Assembly: GCA_023150295.1 (NCBI GenBank)
Contig: JAKLLE010000007.1
Coordinates: 14,460 to 78,459 of the forward strand
DNA: 64,000 bases
Source of the DNA: Giesbergeria sp.
GTDB taxonomy: Bacteria > Pseudomonadota > Gammaproteobacteria > Burkholderiales > Burkholderiaceae_C
Direction: 5' to 3'
Shown here piece by piece: positions 40,644 to 50,144 of this stretch. The notes beneath the pieces are model-generated. The model was given only the letters and a program-made list of their open reading frames with translations. It had not been told where the DNA came from and made no database searches. A program made the translations under genes and the position numbers. Numbering within the stretch: position 1 is the stretch's first letter; the number at the start of each line of letters is the position of its first letter.

Positions 40644-42425
40644 TCAGGCAGCTTGAGGAAGATGACCGCTGGAAGCATGGTTCTGCGCAGCCAATGCAGC
40701 TTGCTGCTGTACTTGCTGTCTCAAGTGGGCAAGCACCGCATCACGTGGCCCTTGCACTTGAATATGACCATCATGCATCACCACCAATTGATCAGCTACT
40801 GAGATCGCGTGAGGGCGGTGGGTGATCAAAAACACTGTGGCGCCACGGTTTTTGAGTTCGCGCACTGCACGCATCAATGCCTGTTCACCCACATCATCAA
40901 GATTGGCATTGGGCTCATCAAGCACAACCAATGCCGGGCATCCGTAAAGGGCACGGGCCAGACCCACACGCTGGCGCTGACCACCAGAGAGCATCCCACC
41001 AGCTTCACCTATAGGGGTGTCGTAACCTTTGGGAAAACGCAAAATCATTTCATGCAAACCCGCGCAGCGAGCAGCGTCTATCACCTTATCAGAGTCCATT
41101 TCACCAAAGCGCGCTATATTCTCCGCTATGGTGCCGTCAAACAGCTCAATGTCCTGGGGTAGATAACCAAGGTATGGCCCCAACTCCGTACGATCCCAGC
41201 TATTCAGAGGAATTTCATCCAGTAGCACTTCGCCCTTGACATCGGGCCAAATGCCCATGAGGACTCTGGCCAAAGTAGATTTTCCAGAACCTGAAGGGCC
41301 TAGCACCACCGTGACTGACCCTGTGGACGCTTGCAGATTGATGCCTTTGAGGATGGGCTGGATACGTTCAGGGGCACTTGCAAACACATTTTGCAGTTCC
41401 ACGGCTCCTTTTGGAGCCACCCTCGACAATGCCTGATCACGCTCGGGATGCAATTCGAGCAAGGTTTGCAAACGCACAAAAGCTTGGCGCGCACCCAAAT
41501 AGTTTCTCCAAGTGCCACCAATTTGATCGATAGGTGCCAGAGCGCGCGTCATCAGCACGTTGGCAGCAATCATGGCGCCAGCCGTCAACTGACCATCGAT
41601 GACCAGTAACGCTCCCGCAGCAAGCGCAAGTGACTGTTGGCAGTAACGAACCCACTTGCTAATAGCGCCGATACGGTGCGAAAGCGCTTGCGCGCATCCC
41701 TGCTCATACATTGCATGGGAATGACGCACCACCCAGCGTTGCCGAAGCCCCGCCAGCATTCCCATGGACTCGACGACTTCGGTATTGCGAAGCTTGGCCT
41801 GCAAGAAATGATTTACTTCGAGCAGCGCTTTGGAGGCCTTTTCTGAGGGAGCTACCGTGCGCCGATGGCCGAACCAAGCCAGCGCCATTTGCACCGCAGT
41901 AAATCCCAATGCAACCCAACCCAAAAATGGATGCAAGAAAAACAGCACTGCAAGGTAGATGGGCATCCAGGGCAAATCAAAGAACGCAATTGTTCCATTG
42001 CCCGTCAAGAATTGACGCAACTCGATCAAGTCGTGAAAAGCCCGCTGCGCTGGAGCGCCAGATTGACTGAGGTTGGCCTCAAAACTTGCATTAAATACAC
42101 GCGTACTCAACAGTGCATCCAGTTTGACTCCCGTGCGCACCAAAAGACGCGATCTCGACCATTCAGCAAAAGCCATGACCGCAAATAAAAACAAGGTGAT
42201 CAGCGATACGAAAACCAATGTCACTTCACTGCGGCTCACCAGGACACGGTCATAGACCTGGAGCATGTATAACGTGGGTGCCAGCATGAGCACGTTGACA
42301 ACCATACTGAACAAGCCAACGACGATAAATTCACGTCGAAATGTGAACAGCGCGTGTGCCAGTTCGGTGCGCCGAATAGAACCAGATGTGCGGGGAGGAG
42401 GAGCCATGATGGGGTTTGCCTGCAT
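40644..42425 (-). CDS. Type I secretion ABC transporter, PrtD family, paralogue B
   Basis: LYMLQVYDRV, GPSGSGKS, LSGGQRQR, LDEPN, HRP. Confidence 0.94.
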   Translation of the reverse strand: MQANPIMAPPPRTSGSIRRTELAHALFTFRREFIVVGLFSMVVNVLMLAPTLYMLQVYDRVLVSRSEVTLVFVSLITLFLFAVMAFAEWSRSRLLVRTGVKLDALLSTRVFNASFEANLSQSGAPAQRAFHDLIELRQFLTGNGTIAFFDLPWMPIYLAVLFFLHPFLGWVALGFTAVQMALAWFGHRRTVAPSEKASKALLEVNHFLQAKLRNTEVVESMGMLAGLRQRWVVRHSHAMYEQGCAQALSHRIGAISKWVRYCQQSLALAAGALLVIDGQLTAGAMIAANVLMTRALAPIDQIGGTWRNYLGARQAFVRLQTLLELHPERDQALSRVAPKGAVELQNVFASAPERIQPILKGINLQASTGSVTVVLGPSGSGKSTLARVLMGIWPDVKGEVLLDEIPLNSWDRTELGPYLGYLPQDIELFDGTIAENIARFGEMDSDKVIDAARCAGLHEMILRFPKGYDTPIGEAGGMLSGGQRQRVGLARALYGCPALVVLDEPNANLDDVGEQALMRAVRELKNRGATVFLITHRPHAISVADQLVVMHDGHIQVQGPRDAVLAHLRQQVQQQAALAAQNHASSGHLPQAA

Positions 42426-44198
42426 TCAAGCCGCAGGGGCTGCGAGAGTGGTTAGGGTTGCTGCGGCGGAGGCTTGCGTCTGTTCGGACGCTTGCTGGCT
42501 TGCTGGATTGAGCGCAGCCAACACCTCATCTCGCGATCCAAAGGCATGTTGCACGCCCTCGCGCAGCACCAGCATCTTGTCGACAACACCCAGCACGCTC
42601 ATACGATGAGTCATCACCACAAAGGTGGTGCCGCGGGCTTTCATATGGGCAATTGCATTCAACAAGGCTCTGTCCCCAGCCTCGTCCAAACTGGAGTTGG
42701 GTTCGTCCAGCACGACGAAGACGGGTTCCGAATAGAGTGCTCTGGCCAGGGCAACGCGTTGACGTTGACCACCTGAAAGAATGGCACCATCGCGCCCGAC
42801 GGAGCTGTCGTAGCCCGAAGGGAGCGAGAGAATGAAATCGTGCAGTCCAACCAGTTTTGCGGCGGCCTCCACCTTGGTTCTATCAATTTCACCAAATCGC
42901 GCAATGTTTTCGGCAAGAGTGCCTTCAAGCAATTCCACGCCCTGAGGTAGATAGCCAAGGCTGGGACCAAGCTCCTGCTTGTTCCACGAAAACACATCCA
43001 CACCATCCAATCGCACCTTGCCCCCCATGGAAGGCCAGAGCCCCACTAGCAGGCGCGCCAAAGTCGATTTACCAGATGCCGAGGGCCCCACTACGCCCAG
43101 AACCTCACCAGGAGACAGTGCAAAAGTGACGCCGCGCAAAATAGGAGCGCTGCTGCCTGGTGCCGTGGCCACCACACCCTCTACCGTCAAATGCCCCTTG
43201 GGTGCTGGCAAGGGCATGTTTTCGTCCGGCTCGGGCACAGTGCTCAACATACCGTCCAATCGCCTCCAGGCATCACGCAAGTTGACCACTGCGCGCCACT
43301 GGCTCACTGCCATCACCAGAGGCGCCAACATGCGTCCGCCCAGAACAGAAGCGACAATCATCATCCCAGCACCGCCAGCCAAAGTGTTTTGCAACACGAG
43401 CCAAGCTCCCAGACCCAGCAGCGCCGAGCCCATGACCGTTTGCAAGAACTTGCTCCCCGCCTGGAAAGCACCGCCTTTGTCCGAAGCTTGTGCCTGCAAG
43501 TTCAAAAAATCGCGCTGCTTGTCCATCCACAGGCGGTGGATGTGCTTCAGCATCCCCATCGCCTCTATCACTTCCGCATTTCGAAGCGCGCCATCTATGT
43601 AGTGCTGCGCTCCAATGGCAGCGCGGTTGGCTTGCACCAATGGCGGGTTGGTAGCGCGCTCATTGAACCATGCAAGCAGCACCTGAACCACCGCGCCAGC
43701 CACTGCAAACCAACCCAATAACGGGTTGGCAAGAAACAGAATCACCATGAACACCAGCGATACCGGCGACTCCATCACTGCGCCGACGACAGGGTGCGGA
43801 AAAAAATCACGCAGCGTGCGCAAGTCGTTCATGGGCTGAGCACTTGCCTGGCCCAATCGACGCAAGTTGGTTTCGTACATCGCCTGGAACACACGAGGAG
43901 CCATGCGCCGATCAAACACGCTTCCCGCCTCGCGCAGCGTCTCCGAGCGCGCCCAGTCCAGCACTTCCATGACCACATATGCCAGCAACACACCCAGAGT
44001 CAGCATGGCCAGGGTCATGTGGTTTCGGCTGTTAACTACCCGACCGTATACCTCAAACATGTAGAGCGTAGGCACCAAAATCAGCAGTGCACCGATCAAG
44101 GCAAAAAAGAAAGCACGCCTCAAATAGGGCTTCAAATCGAGTATTGCCGCTCGCAACTCGGAAGGGGACGAACCGATCGTTCGTTGCTGAAGATTCAT
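42426..44198 (-). CDS. Type I secretion ABC transporter, PrtD family, paralogue A
   Basis: LYMFEVYGRV, GPSASGKS, LSGGQRQR, LDEPNSSLD, THR. Confidence 0.94.
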   Translation of the reverse strand: MNLQQRTIGSSPSELRAAILDLKPYLRRAFFFALIGALLILVPTLYMFEVYGRVVNSRNHMTLAMLTLGVLLAYVVMEVLDWARSETLREAGSVFDRRMAPRVFQAMYETNLRRLGQASAQPMNDLRTLRDFFPHPVVGAVMESPVSLVFMVILFLANPLLGWFAVAGAVVQVLLAWFNERATNPPLVQANRAAIGAQHYIDGALRNAEVIEAMGMLKHIHRLWMDKQRDFLNLQAQASDKGGAFQAGSKFLQTVMGSALLGLGAWLVLQNTLAGGAGMMIVASVLGGRMLAPLVMAVSQWRAVVNLRDAWRRLDGMLSTVPEPDENMPLPAPKGHLTVEGVVATAPGSSAPILRGVTFALSPGEVLGVVGPSASGKSTLARLLVGLWPSMGGKVRLDGVDVFSWNKQELGPSLGYLPQGVELLEGTLAENIARFGEIDRTKVEAAAKLVGLHDFILSLPSGYDSSVGRDGAILSGGQRQRVALARALYSEPVFVVLDEPNSSLDEAGDRALLNAIAHMKARGTTFVVMTHRMSVLGVVDKMLVLREGVQHAFGSRDEVLAALNPASQQASEQTQASAAATLTTLAAPAA

Positions 44199-44833
44199 AG
44201 ACTTTCTTCCACCATCACATATTCAGGGATTTCAGCATCTTGGGATTGCAATTCAGATGCCGATACATCGTCCGCGCTCACCTCGCCATCGGCGGTGCTG
44301 GGCATCGTCATATCGGAAAAGGAGAACGACAGGCTGTAGGAACCACCACCCGCCTGTGCAAGCACGATCTCACGCAGCTTGTGGGTTTGAAATGCGCTTT
44401 CTGCCTGTGTACCCAGAGTGATTGAAAACCGCATTCTTCCGTCCAAGGTAAACATTGACAATTGCCCACCCTTGATGCTCAAAGTGTGCCTGTCAAAATA
44501 CACAGGGCACGAATCAGCAAAGCGCAACAGCGGCAGCGGCTTTCCATCGAGACGCGAGAGGTGGAACGGACTGTGCGGATGTTGGAATACCACCCTGCAG
44601 GTGCGCGAGACAGAATAGATCGCATTGCACACCATTTGGGAGCCCATCTGCGGAAAGCGCTCACGCAACTGGCGATAGGTCAAGTGATGCAGAGCCACTC
44701 GATTCCATACCCGTGTCTGCTGAACCACCCCAGCCACTGCATTGCAAACCTGAGCAAAGCCCTGCTGCAACGCCTGCAATCGCTGCACCTGCTCGGGCGA
44801 TGTATCCAGCGGGATGGAGAGGGTAAAATTCAT
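44195..44833 (-). CDS. TnpB-like protein with only the N-terminal WED/REC region (no RuvC), acidic C-terminal tail
   Basis: Pattern TLSIPLDTSPEQ..L....F..VCN......WN..ALHHLTYRQLRERFP.MGSQMVCNAI...F......FDRHTLS....LSMFTLDGRMRF...Y.L matches the IS605 OrfB N-terminal half as recalled. No G.D.G RuvC-I or zinc finger. ATGA-coupled to prtD. Confidence 0.7.
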   Translation of the reverse strand: MNFTLSIPLDTSPEQVQRLQALQQGFAQVCNAVAGVVQQTRVWNRVALHHLTYRQLRERFPQMGSQMVCNAIYSVSRTCRVVFQHPHSPFHLSRLDGKPLPLLRFADSCPVYFDRHTLSIKGGQLSMFTLDGRMRFSITLGTQAESAFQTHKLREIVLAQAGGGSYSLSFSFSDMTMPSTADGEVSADDVSASELQSQDAEIPEYVMVEESL

Positions 44834-44870
44834 ATAGGATTTGCATTGTACCGCAAAAATTCATATAGGA
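44825..44870 (-). promoter_or_regulatory. 15-bp direct repeat pair flanking a -10-like TACAAT at the T1SS operon start
   Basis: AAAATTCATATAGGA at 44825-44839 and 44856-44870; minus-strand TACAAT at 44850-44845. Confidence 0.6.
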
Positions 44871-44978
44871 ATCCCCGCCGTTGCCGCACCGACAATTTAG
44901 TGCAATGCTCTGTCGCCCGCGTTGGTGTGACAATCCCCTCTTTGCCTTCCTCCGCAATCTACTCATCCTTGGAGTGAC

Positions 44979-45344
44979 ATGCCGTCCATGCAACTGAGCA
45001 CCAGCCTGATTGGCTTGGCGCTTGCGGTGCTGATTCTTTATCTGGTGCGCCGCGACCACTTGTATCTCATGCATGGGCTGCTGTGGTCTGTGGTCGCCGC
45101 TGGTGCAGCCATCCTCGGCGCGTGGCCCGGGCTGATCGATGCAATAGCGACCCGGCTGGGATTTGCATATCCCCCCGCACTGCTGTTGCTGCTGGCATGT
45201 GCAGTACTGTTGCTGAAGGCCTTGCACTCGGACATGTTGCATACACGCCTGGAACGCGACGTCCGCCGTCTCAACCAACGTCTGGCACTGCTGGAACTTG
45301 AGTTGCAAGAGCGCAAGCACGGAATGGATCGCAACGGGCCCTAG
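44979..45344 (+). CDS. DUF2304-family small membrane protein
   Basis: Three hydrophobic segments, LVRRDHL...LLW, LG..YPP, then RRLNQRLAL coiled tail. Confidence 0.75.
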   Translation: MPSMQLSTSLIGLALAVLILYLVRRDHLYLMHGLLWSVVAAGAAILGAWPGLIDAIATRLGFAYPPALLLLLACAVLLLKALHSDMLHTRLERDVRRLNQRLALLELELQERKHGMDRNGP

Positions 45345-45410
45345 CTGATGCGGAACGAGTGGTGACAACTAACGGTTTGAAATTTCCCTTCTTGCGACAA
45401 GGTCTGATCA

Positions 45411-46898
45411 ATGGTTCTTCATACTTTGCACCCGGTCATTTTGTGTGGTGGTGCAGGCACGCGCCTGTGGCCTTTGTCCCGCGAAGCCTACCCCAAGCAG
45501 TTTTTGGCGCTGCAAGGCGGCACCACCACCATGCTTCAAGACACGGCACTGCGCCTTGATGGCCTGAATGCCAGTGTGCCTCGCCACGCACCCTGGGTCG
45601 TCTGCAACCAGGAACACCGCTTTCTGGCGGCACAACAGCTGCAAGAAGCGGGGGTCGCCGACGCGAAGATGTTGTTGGAGCCATGCGCTCGCAACACCGC
45701 TCCAGCGTTGACACTGGCCGCCTTGGCGGCGCACGCCGCCGATCCGGGTGCAGTCTTGCTTGCGATGCCTGCAGACCACGTGATAGCTAACGCACCCGCC
45801 TTGCACGCCGCGGTCATGGCGGCTTGGCCCATGGCCTGCGACGGCGCGATGGTGACGTTTGGAATTTCCCCGCAGCGCCCAGAAACGGGATATGGCTACA
45901 TCCACCAAGGACGCGCCGTTGCCGATGGTGCAGGACGTGAGATCGCCGGATTCGCCGAAAAACCCAGCGCTGAGAAAGCCTGCGCCTACTTGGAAAGCGG
46001 CGAATATCTTTGGAACGCGGGCTTGTTCATGGTTCGCGCAGATCAATGGCTCAAAGCGCTGCAAGCACTGCAGCCCCAGATGCTGATGCAATGCCAACAC
46101 GCCATGGTGGAGTGCACTCAGGACGCTGATTTCATTAGGCCCCAGGCAACAATCTTTGCCAACTGTCCAGCAGACTCCATCGACTATGCCGTCATGGAGC
46201 ACCTGCCTCATCAGGGTTCCCAGCTTGGGATACCCGCCAGGGTGGTGGCATTGGATGCAGGCTGGTCTGATTTGGGCGCCTGGGACGCATTGTGGGAGGT
46301 GCTTGAGCGCGATTCTCAAGGCAACGCTCAGGTTGTGCAGGAGCCGGGTCAGGTGTTGACCGTTGACACCAGCAACACCCTGGTGCTGGCTGAAAGCGCT
46401 CTGGTCGCGACTGTGGGGCTACGCAACGTAGTGGTCGTGCAGACTCCAGATGCCGTCTTGGTTGTCGATAAAAGCCGCACCCAGGATGTAAAGAAGGTGG
46501 TTCAAGCGCTGCAGGCGCAGCCTGCGCAGCGCCGTACGCTGGCCCAGGCCCACCGCAAAGTGCATCGCCCCTGGGGTTGGTACGACAGCATTGATGCTGG
46601 AGACAGATTTCAAGTCAAGCGCATCGTGGTCCATCCGGGGGCCAGTCTGAGCCTACAAATGCACCACCACCGCGCCGAACACTGGGTGGTAGTCAAAGGG
46701 ACTGCAGAAGTCACCAACGGTGAGCGTACTTTCTTGCTAGGAGAGAATGAATCTACCTTCATCCCCCTAGGCCACATCCATCGCCTCAAAAACCCAGGCA
46801 AAGTTCCGCTGGAAATCATCGAGGTGCAGTCTGGAAGCTACTTGGGCGAGGACGATATTGTTCGATATGAAGACTCCTATGGGCGTACCGCGTGCTGA
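45411..46898 (+). CDS. manC: Mannose-1-phosphate guanylyltransferase / mannose-6-phosphate isomerase
   Basis: PVILCGGAGTRLWPLSR..PKQF, EP..RNTAPA, WSDLGAW; C-terminal cupin RPWG, HHHRAEHW. Confidence 0.95.
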   Translation: MVLHTLHPVILCGGAGTRLWPLSREAYPKQFLALQGGTTTMLQDTALRLDGLNASVPRHAPWVVCNQEHRFLAAQQLQEAGVADAKMLLEPCARNTAPALTLAALAAHAADPGAVLLAMPADHVIANAPALHAAVMAAWPMACDGAMVTFGISPQRPETGYGYIHQGRAVADGAGREIAGFAEKPSAEKACAYLESGEYLWNAGLFMVRADQWLKALQALQPQMLMQCQHAMVECTQDADFIRPQATIFANCPADSIDYAVMEHLPHQGSQLGIPARVVALDAGWSDLGAWDALWEVLERDSQGNAQVVQEPGQVLTVDTSNTLVLAESALVATVGLRNVVVVQTPDAVLVVDKSRTQDVKKVVQALQAQPAQRRTLAQAHRKVHRPWGWYDSIDAGDRFQVKRIVVHPGASLSLQMHHHRAEHWVVVKGTAEVTNGERTFLLGENESTFIPLGHIHRLKNPGKVPLEIIEVQSGSYLGEDDIVRYEDSYGRTAC

Positions 46899-47990
<1,092 letters not shown>

Positions 47991-47992
47991 AA

Positions 47993-48910
47993 ATGATGCC
48001 ATCAACGCCAGTCACTCGGCGGGTATTGGTGACCGGACTGGGTGGATTCACAGGGCGCTATGTTCAAGCCGCACTGGAGCAACGCGACTGGGACGTCTGG
48101 GGGTTGGGTGCACAGCCAGCCCCTCAACATGCCGCTCACTATGTGCAGGCGGATCTGACCGACAGTGCCGCCTTGCAACAAGCCTTGGCAGAAGTTCGTC
48201 CCCAGGCGGTCATCCATCTTGCAGCCATTGCATTTGTCGGCCACGACGACGCCGACGCCTTCTACCACGTCAACCTGATGGGCACACGCCATCTGCTGGC
48301 TGCATTGGTGCAGCTGTCGGAGCCGCCAGCCCATGTGCTGCTTGCCAGCAGCGCCAATGTCTATGGCAACCAGACCGGCGGCATGCTGGACGAGGAAACA
48401 ATACCGCAACCTGCCAACGACTATGCCGTCAGCAAACTGGCCATGGAGCACATGGCGCGGCTGTGGTCAACACGCCTGCCCATCACCATCGTTCGGCCAT
48501 TCAACTACACAGGTGTAGGTCAATCGCCTGACTTTTTACTGCCCAAGATCGTAATGCACTTCAAGAGCCGCGCTGCCAGAATCGAACTGGGCAATCTTGA
48601 CGTCTGGCGCGATTTTTCTGACGTGCGTGCCATAGCCGATGCCTATTGCCGCCTACTTGACACGCCCTCCGCCGTCGGTACCACAGTCAACCTCTGTTCT
48701 GGTCAGAGCCACAGTCTGCGGGAAATCATTGGCATGGCTGAGGAAATCACCGGTCATCACATACAAGTACACACCAATCCCGCCTTCGTACGCGCCAATG
48801 AAGTCAGAACGCTGCTGGGCTCCCCGGAGAGGCTGAAAGCGCTCGTTGGACCCGACTGGATGTGCCCACCGCTGCAAGAGACCCTGCGCTGGATGTTGGA
48901 GACAGCGTGA
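47993..48910 (+). CDS. rmd: GDP-6-deoxy-D-lyxo-4-hexulose reductase-like SDR (GDP-D-rhamnose synthesis)
   Basis: TGLGGFTG, HLAAIAFVGH, SSANVYG, YAVSK YxxxK, RPFNYTG; directly after gmd. Confidence 0.8.
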   Translation: MMPSTPVTRRVLVTGLGGFTGRYVQAALEQRDWDVWGLGAQPAPQHAAHYVQADLTDSAALQQALAEVRPQAVIHLAAIAFVGHDDADAFYHVNLMGTRHLLAALVQLSEPPAHVLLASSANVYGNQTGGMLDEETIPQPANDYAVSKLAMEHMARLWSTRLPITIVRPFNYTGVGQSPDFLLPKIVMHFKSRAARIELGNLDVWRDFSDVRAIADAYCRLLDTPSAVGTTVNLCSGQSHSLREIIGMAEEITGHHIQVHTNPAFVRANEVRTLLGSPERLKALVGPDWMCPPLQETLRWMLETA

Positions 48911-50100
48911 CTGTGACCACACTTGGCATCGATCTGATCCTGGGCGCCGACAGCATCAATGCTCCACTCACAGGTATTGGTCGCTACGCGCTGGAGCTTG
49001 CGCGTGGCATGCCAGAGCACCCTGATATCAGGCAAGTTCGCTACTTTGTGCTCAAAGGCTGGGCTCCACTACAGTCATTGCTCAATGCAGAAGGCGGAGG
49101 GGGCGTTCACACTGCTTCCAGCAAGCCCAGCCTCCGCAGCAAACTAGCCGGCAATCGCTTCGCAGTGCGCGCCTACCATGCGCTGGTTCCGCACCTGCAG
49201 CGATGGCAGCTCAAAGACCACGCCAATGCGATCTATCACTCGCCGAACTACTTCCTGCCACCATTCGCTGGTCGCACAGTCGCCACCATCCACGACCTTT
49301 CCCACCATCTATACCCACAGTTCCATCCCGCAGCCCGCATTGACTACATGCGCCGCGCTCTGCCCGAGAGTTTGGGCCGGGCCGATCATTTGATCACCGA
49401 TGCAGAATCCGTCCGTCAAGAACTGATCGAGCACTTTGGCTATCCCGCTGAGCGCATCACAGCCATCCCACTGGCTGCAAACTCGGCATTTCGACCGCAC
49501 TCTGCACAAGAAATTCAGGCCACATTGGCGCCATTGCGCTTGCAGCCACACGGATATAGCCTCTATGTGGGCACCATTGAGCCGCGGAAAAACCTGGATC
49601 GCCTTCTGGCGGCGTACGAGTCTTTGCCCCAAGCACTGCGCATGCGCTACCCACTCGTCATGGCAGGTGGCGCTGGCTGGTGTTCCGAAAATACACACAA
49701 ACGCATGAGCAGCGCTGCCAACGCGGGCTGGCTACACTATCTGCGTTATGTGGCGCAAGCCGATCTACCTGCACTCTACGCGGGTGCCCGGGTCTTTGTT
49801 TACCCTTCGCTGTATGAGGGTTTCGGCCTGCCGGTTCTGGAGGCCATGGCATCGGGGGCCCCGGTCATCACTTCCAACTGCTCATCTTTGCCCGAGGTCG
49901 TCGGCACCGCTGCGCTCCAGGTGCAACCGGAAGACGTCACTCACTTGGCCGCCTCGCTCTCACGCGCCCTGCAAGATGACACGTGGAGGGCCAACGCCCG
50001 TGAAGCAGGATTGGCACGCGCAGCACAATTCAGCTGGCAGCGCTGCATTGATCAGACCGTGCGGGTCTATGAGCGATTGAAAGCCAGTCCACAAAGATAA
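48907..50100 (+). CDS. GT4 glycosyltransferase (WbpX/WbpY/WbdA-like)
   Basis: [32 protein letters not shown]; GTGA overlap with rmd. Confidence 0.88.
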   Translation: MTVTTLGIDLILGADSINAPLTGIGRYALELARGMPEHPDIRQVRYFVLKGWAPLQSLLNAEGGGGVHTASSKPSLRSKLAGNRFAVRAYHALVPHLQRWQLKDHANAIYHSPNYFLPPFAGRTVATIHDLSHHLYPQFHPAARIDYMRRALPESLGRADHLITDAESVRQELIEHFGYPAERITAIPLAANSAFRPHSAQEIQATLAPLRLQPHGYSLYVGTIEPRKNLDRLLAAYESLPQALRMRYPLVMAGGAGWCSENTHKRMSSAANAGWLHYLRYVAQADLPALYAGARVFVYPSLYEGFGLPVLEAMASGAPVITSNCSSLPEVVGTAALQVQPEDVTHLAASLSRALQDDTWRANAREAGLARAAQFSWQRCIDQTVRVYERLKASPQR

Positions 50101-50127
50101 GCCCCCCCTGCGAAGAGGGGAGGCTTA
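50098..50127. terminator. Possible terminator hairpin between convergent genes
   Basis: GCC-CCCCT...AGGGG-AGGC hairpin with only short A/T flanks. Confidence 0.4.
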
Positions 50128-50144
50128 CATCTGGCCAAGTGAGA

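Noticed and set aside
44195-44833. Active IS605 element or RNA-guided nuclease
   Set aside because: No RuvC, zinc finger, tnpA or free 3' region for an omegaRNA; the gene is coupled to prtD.
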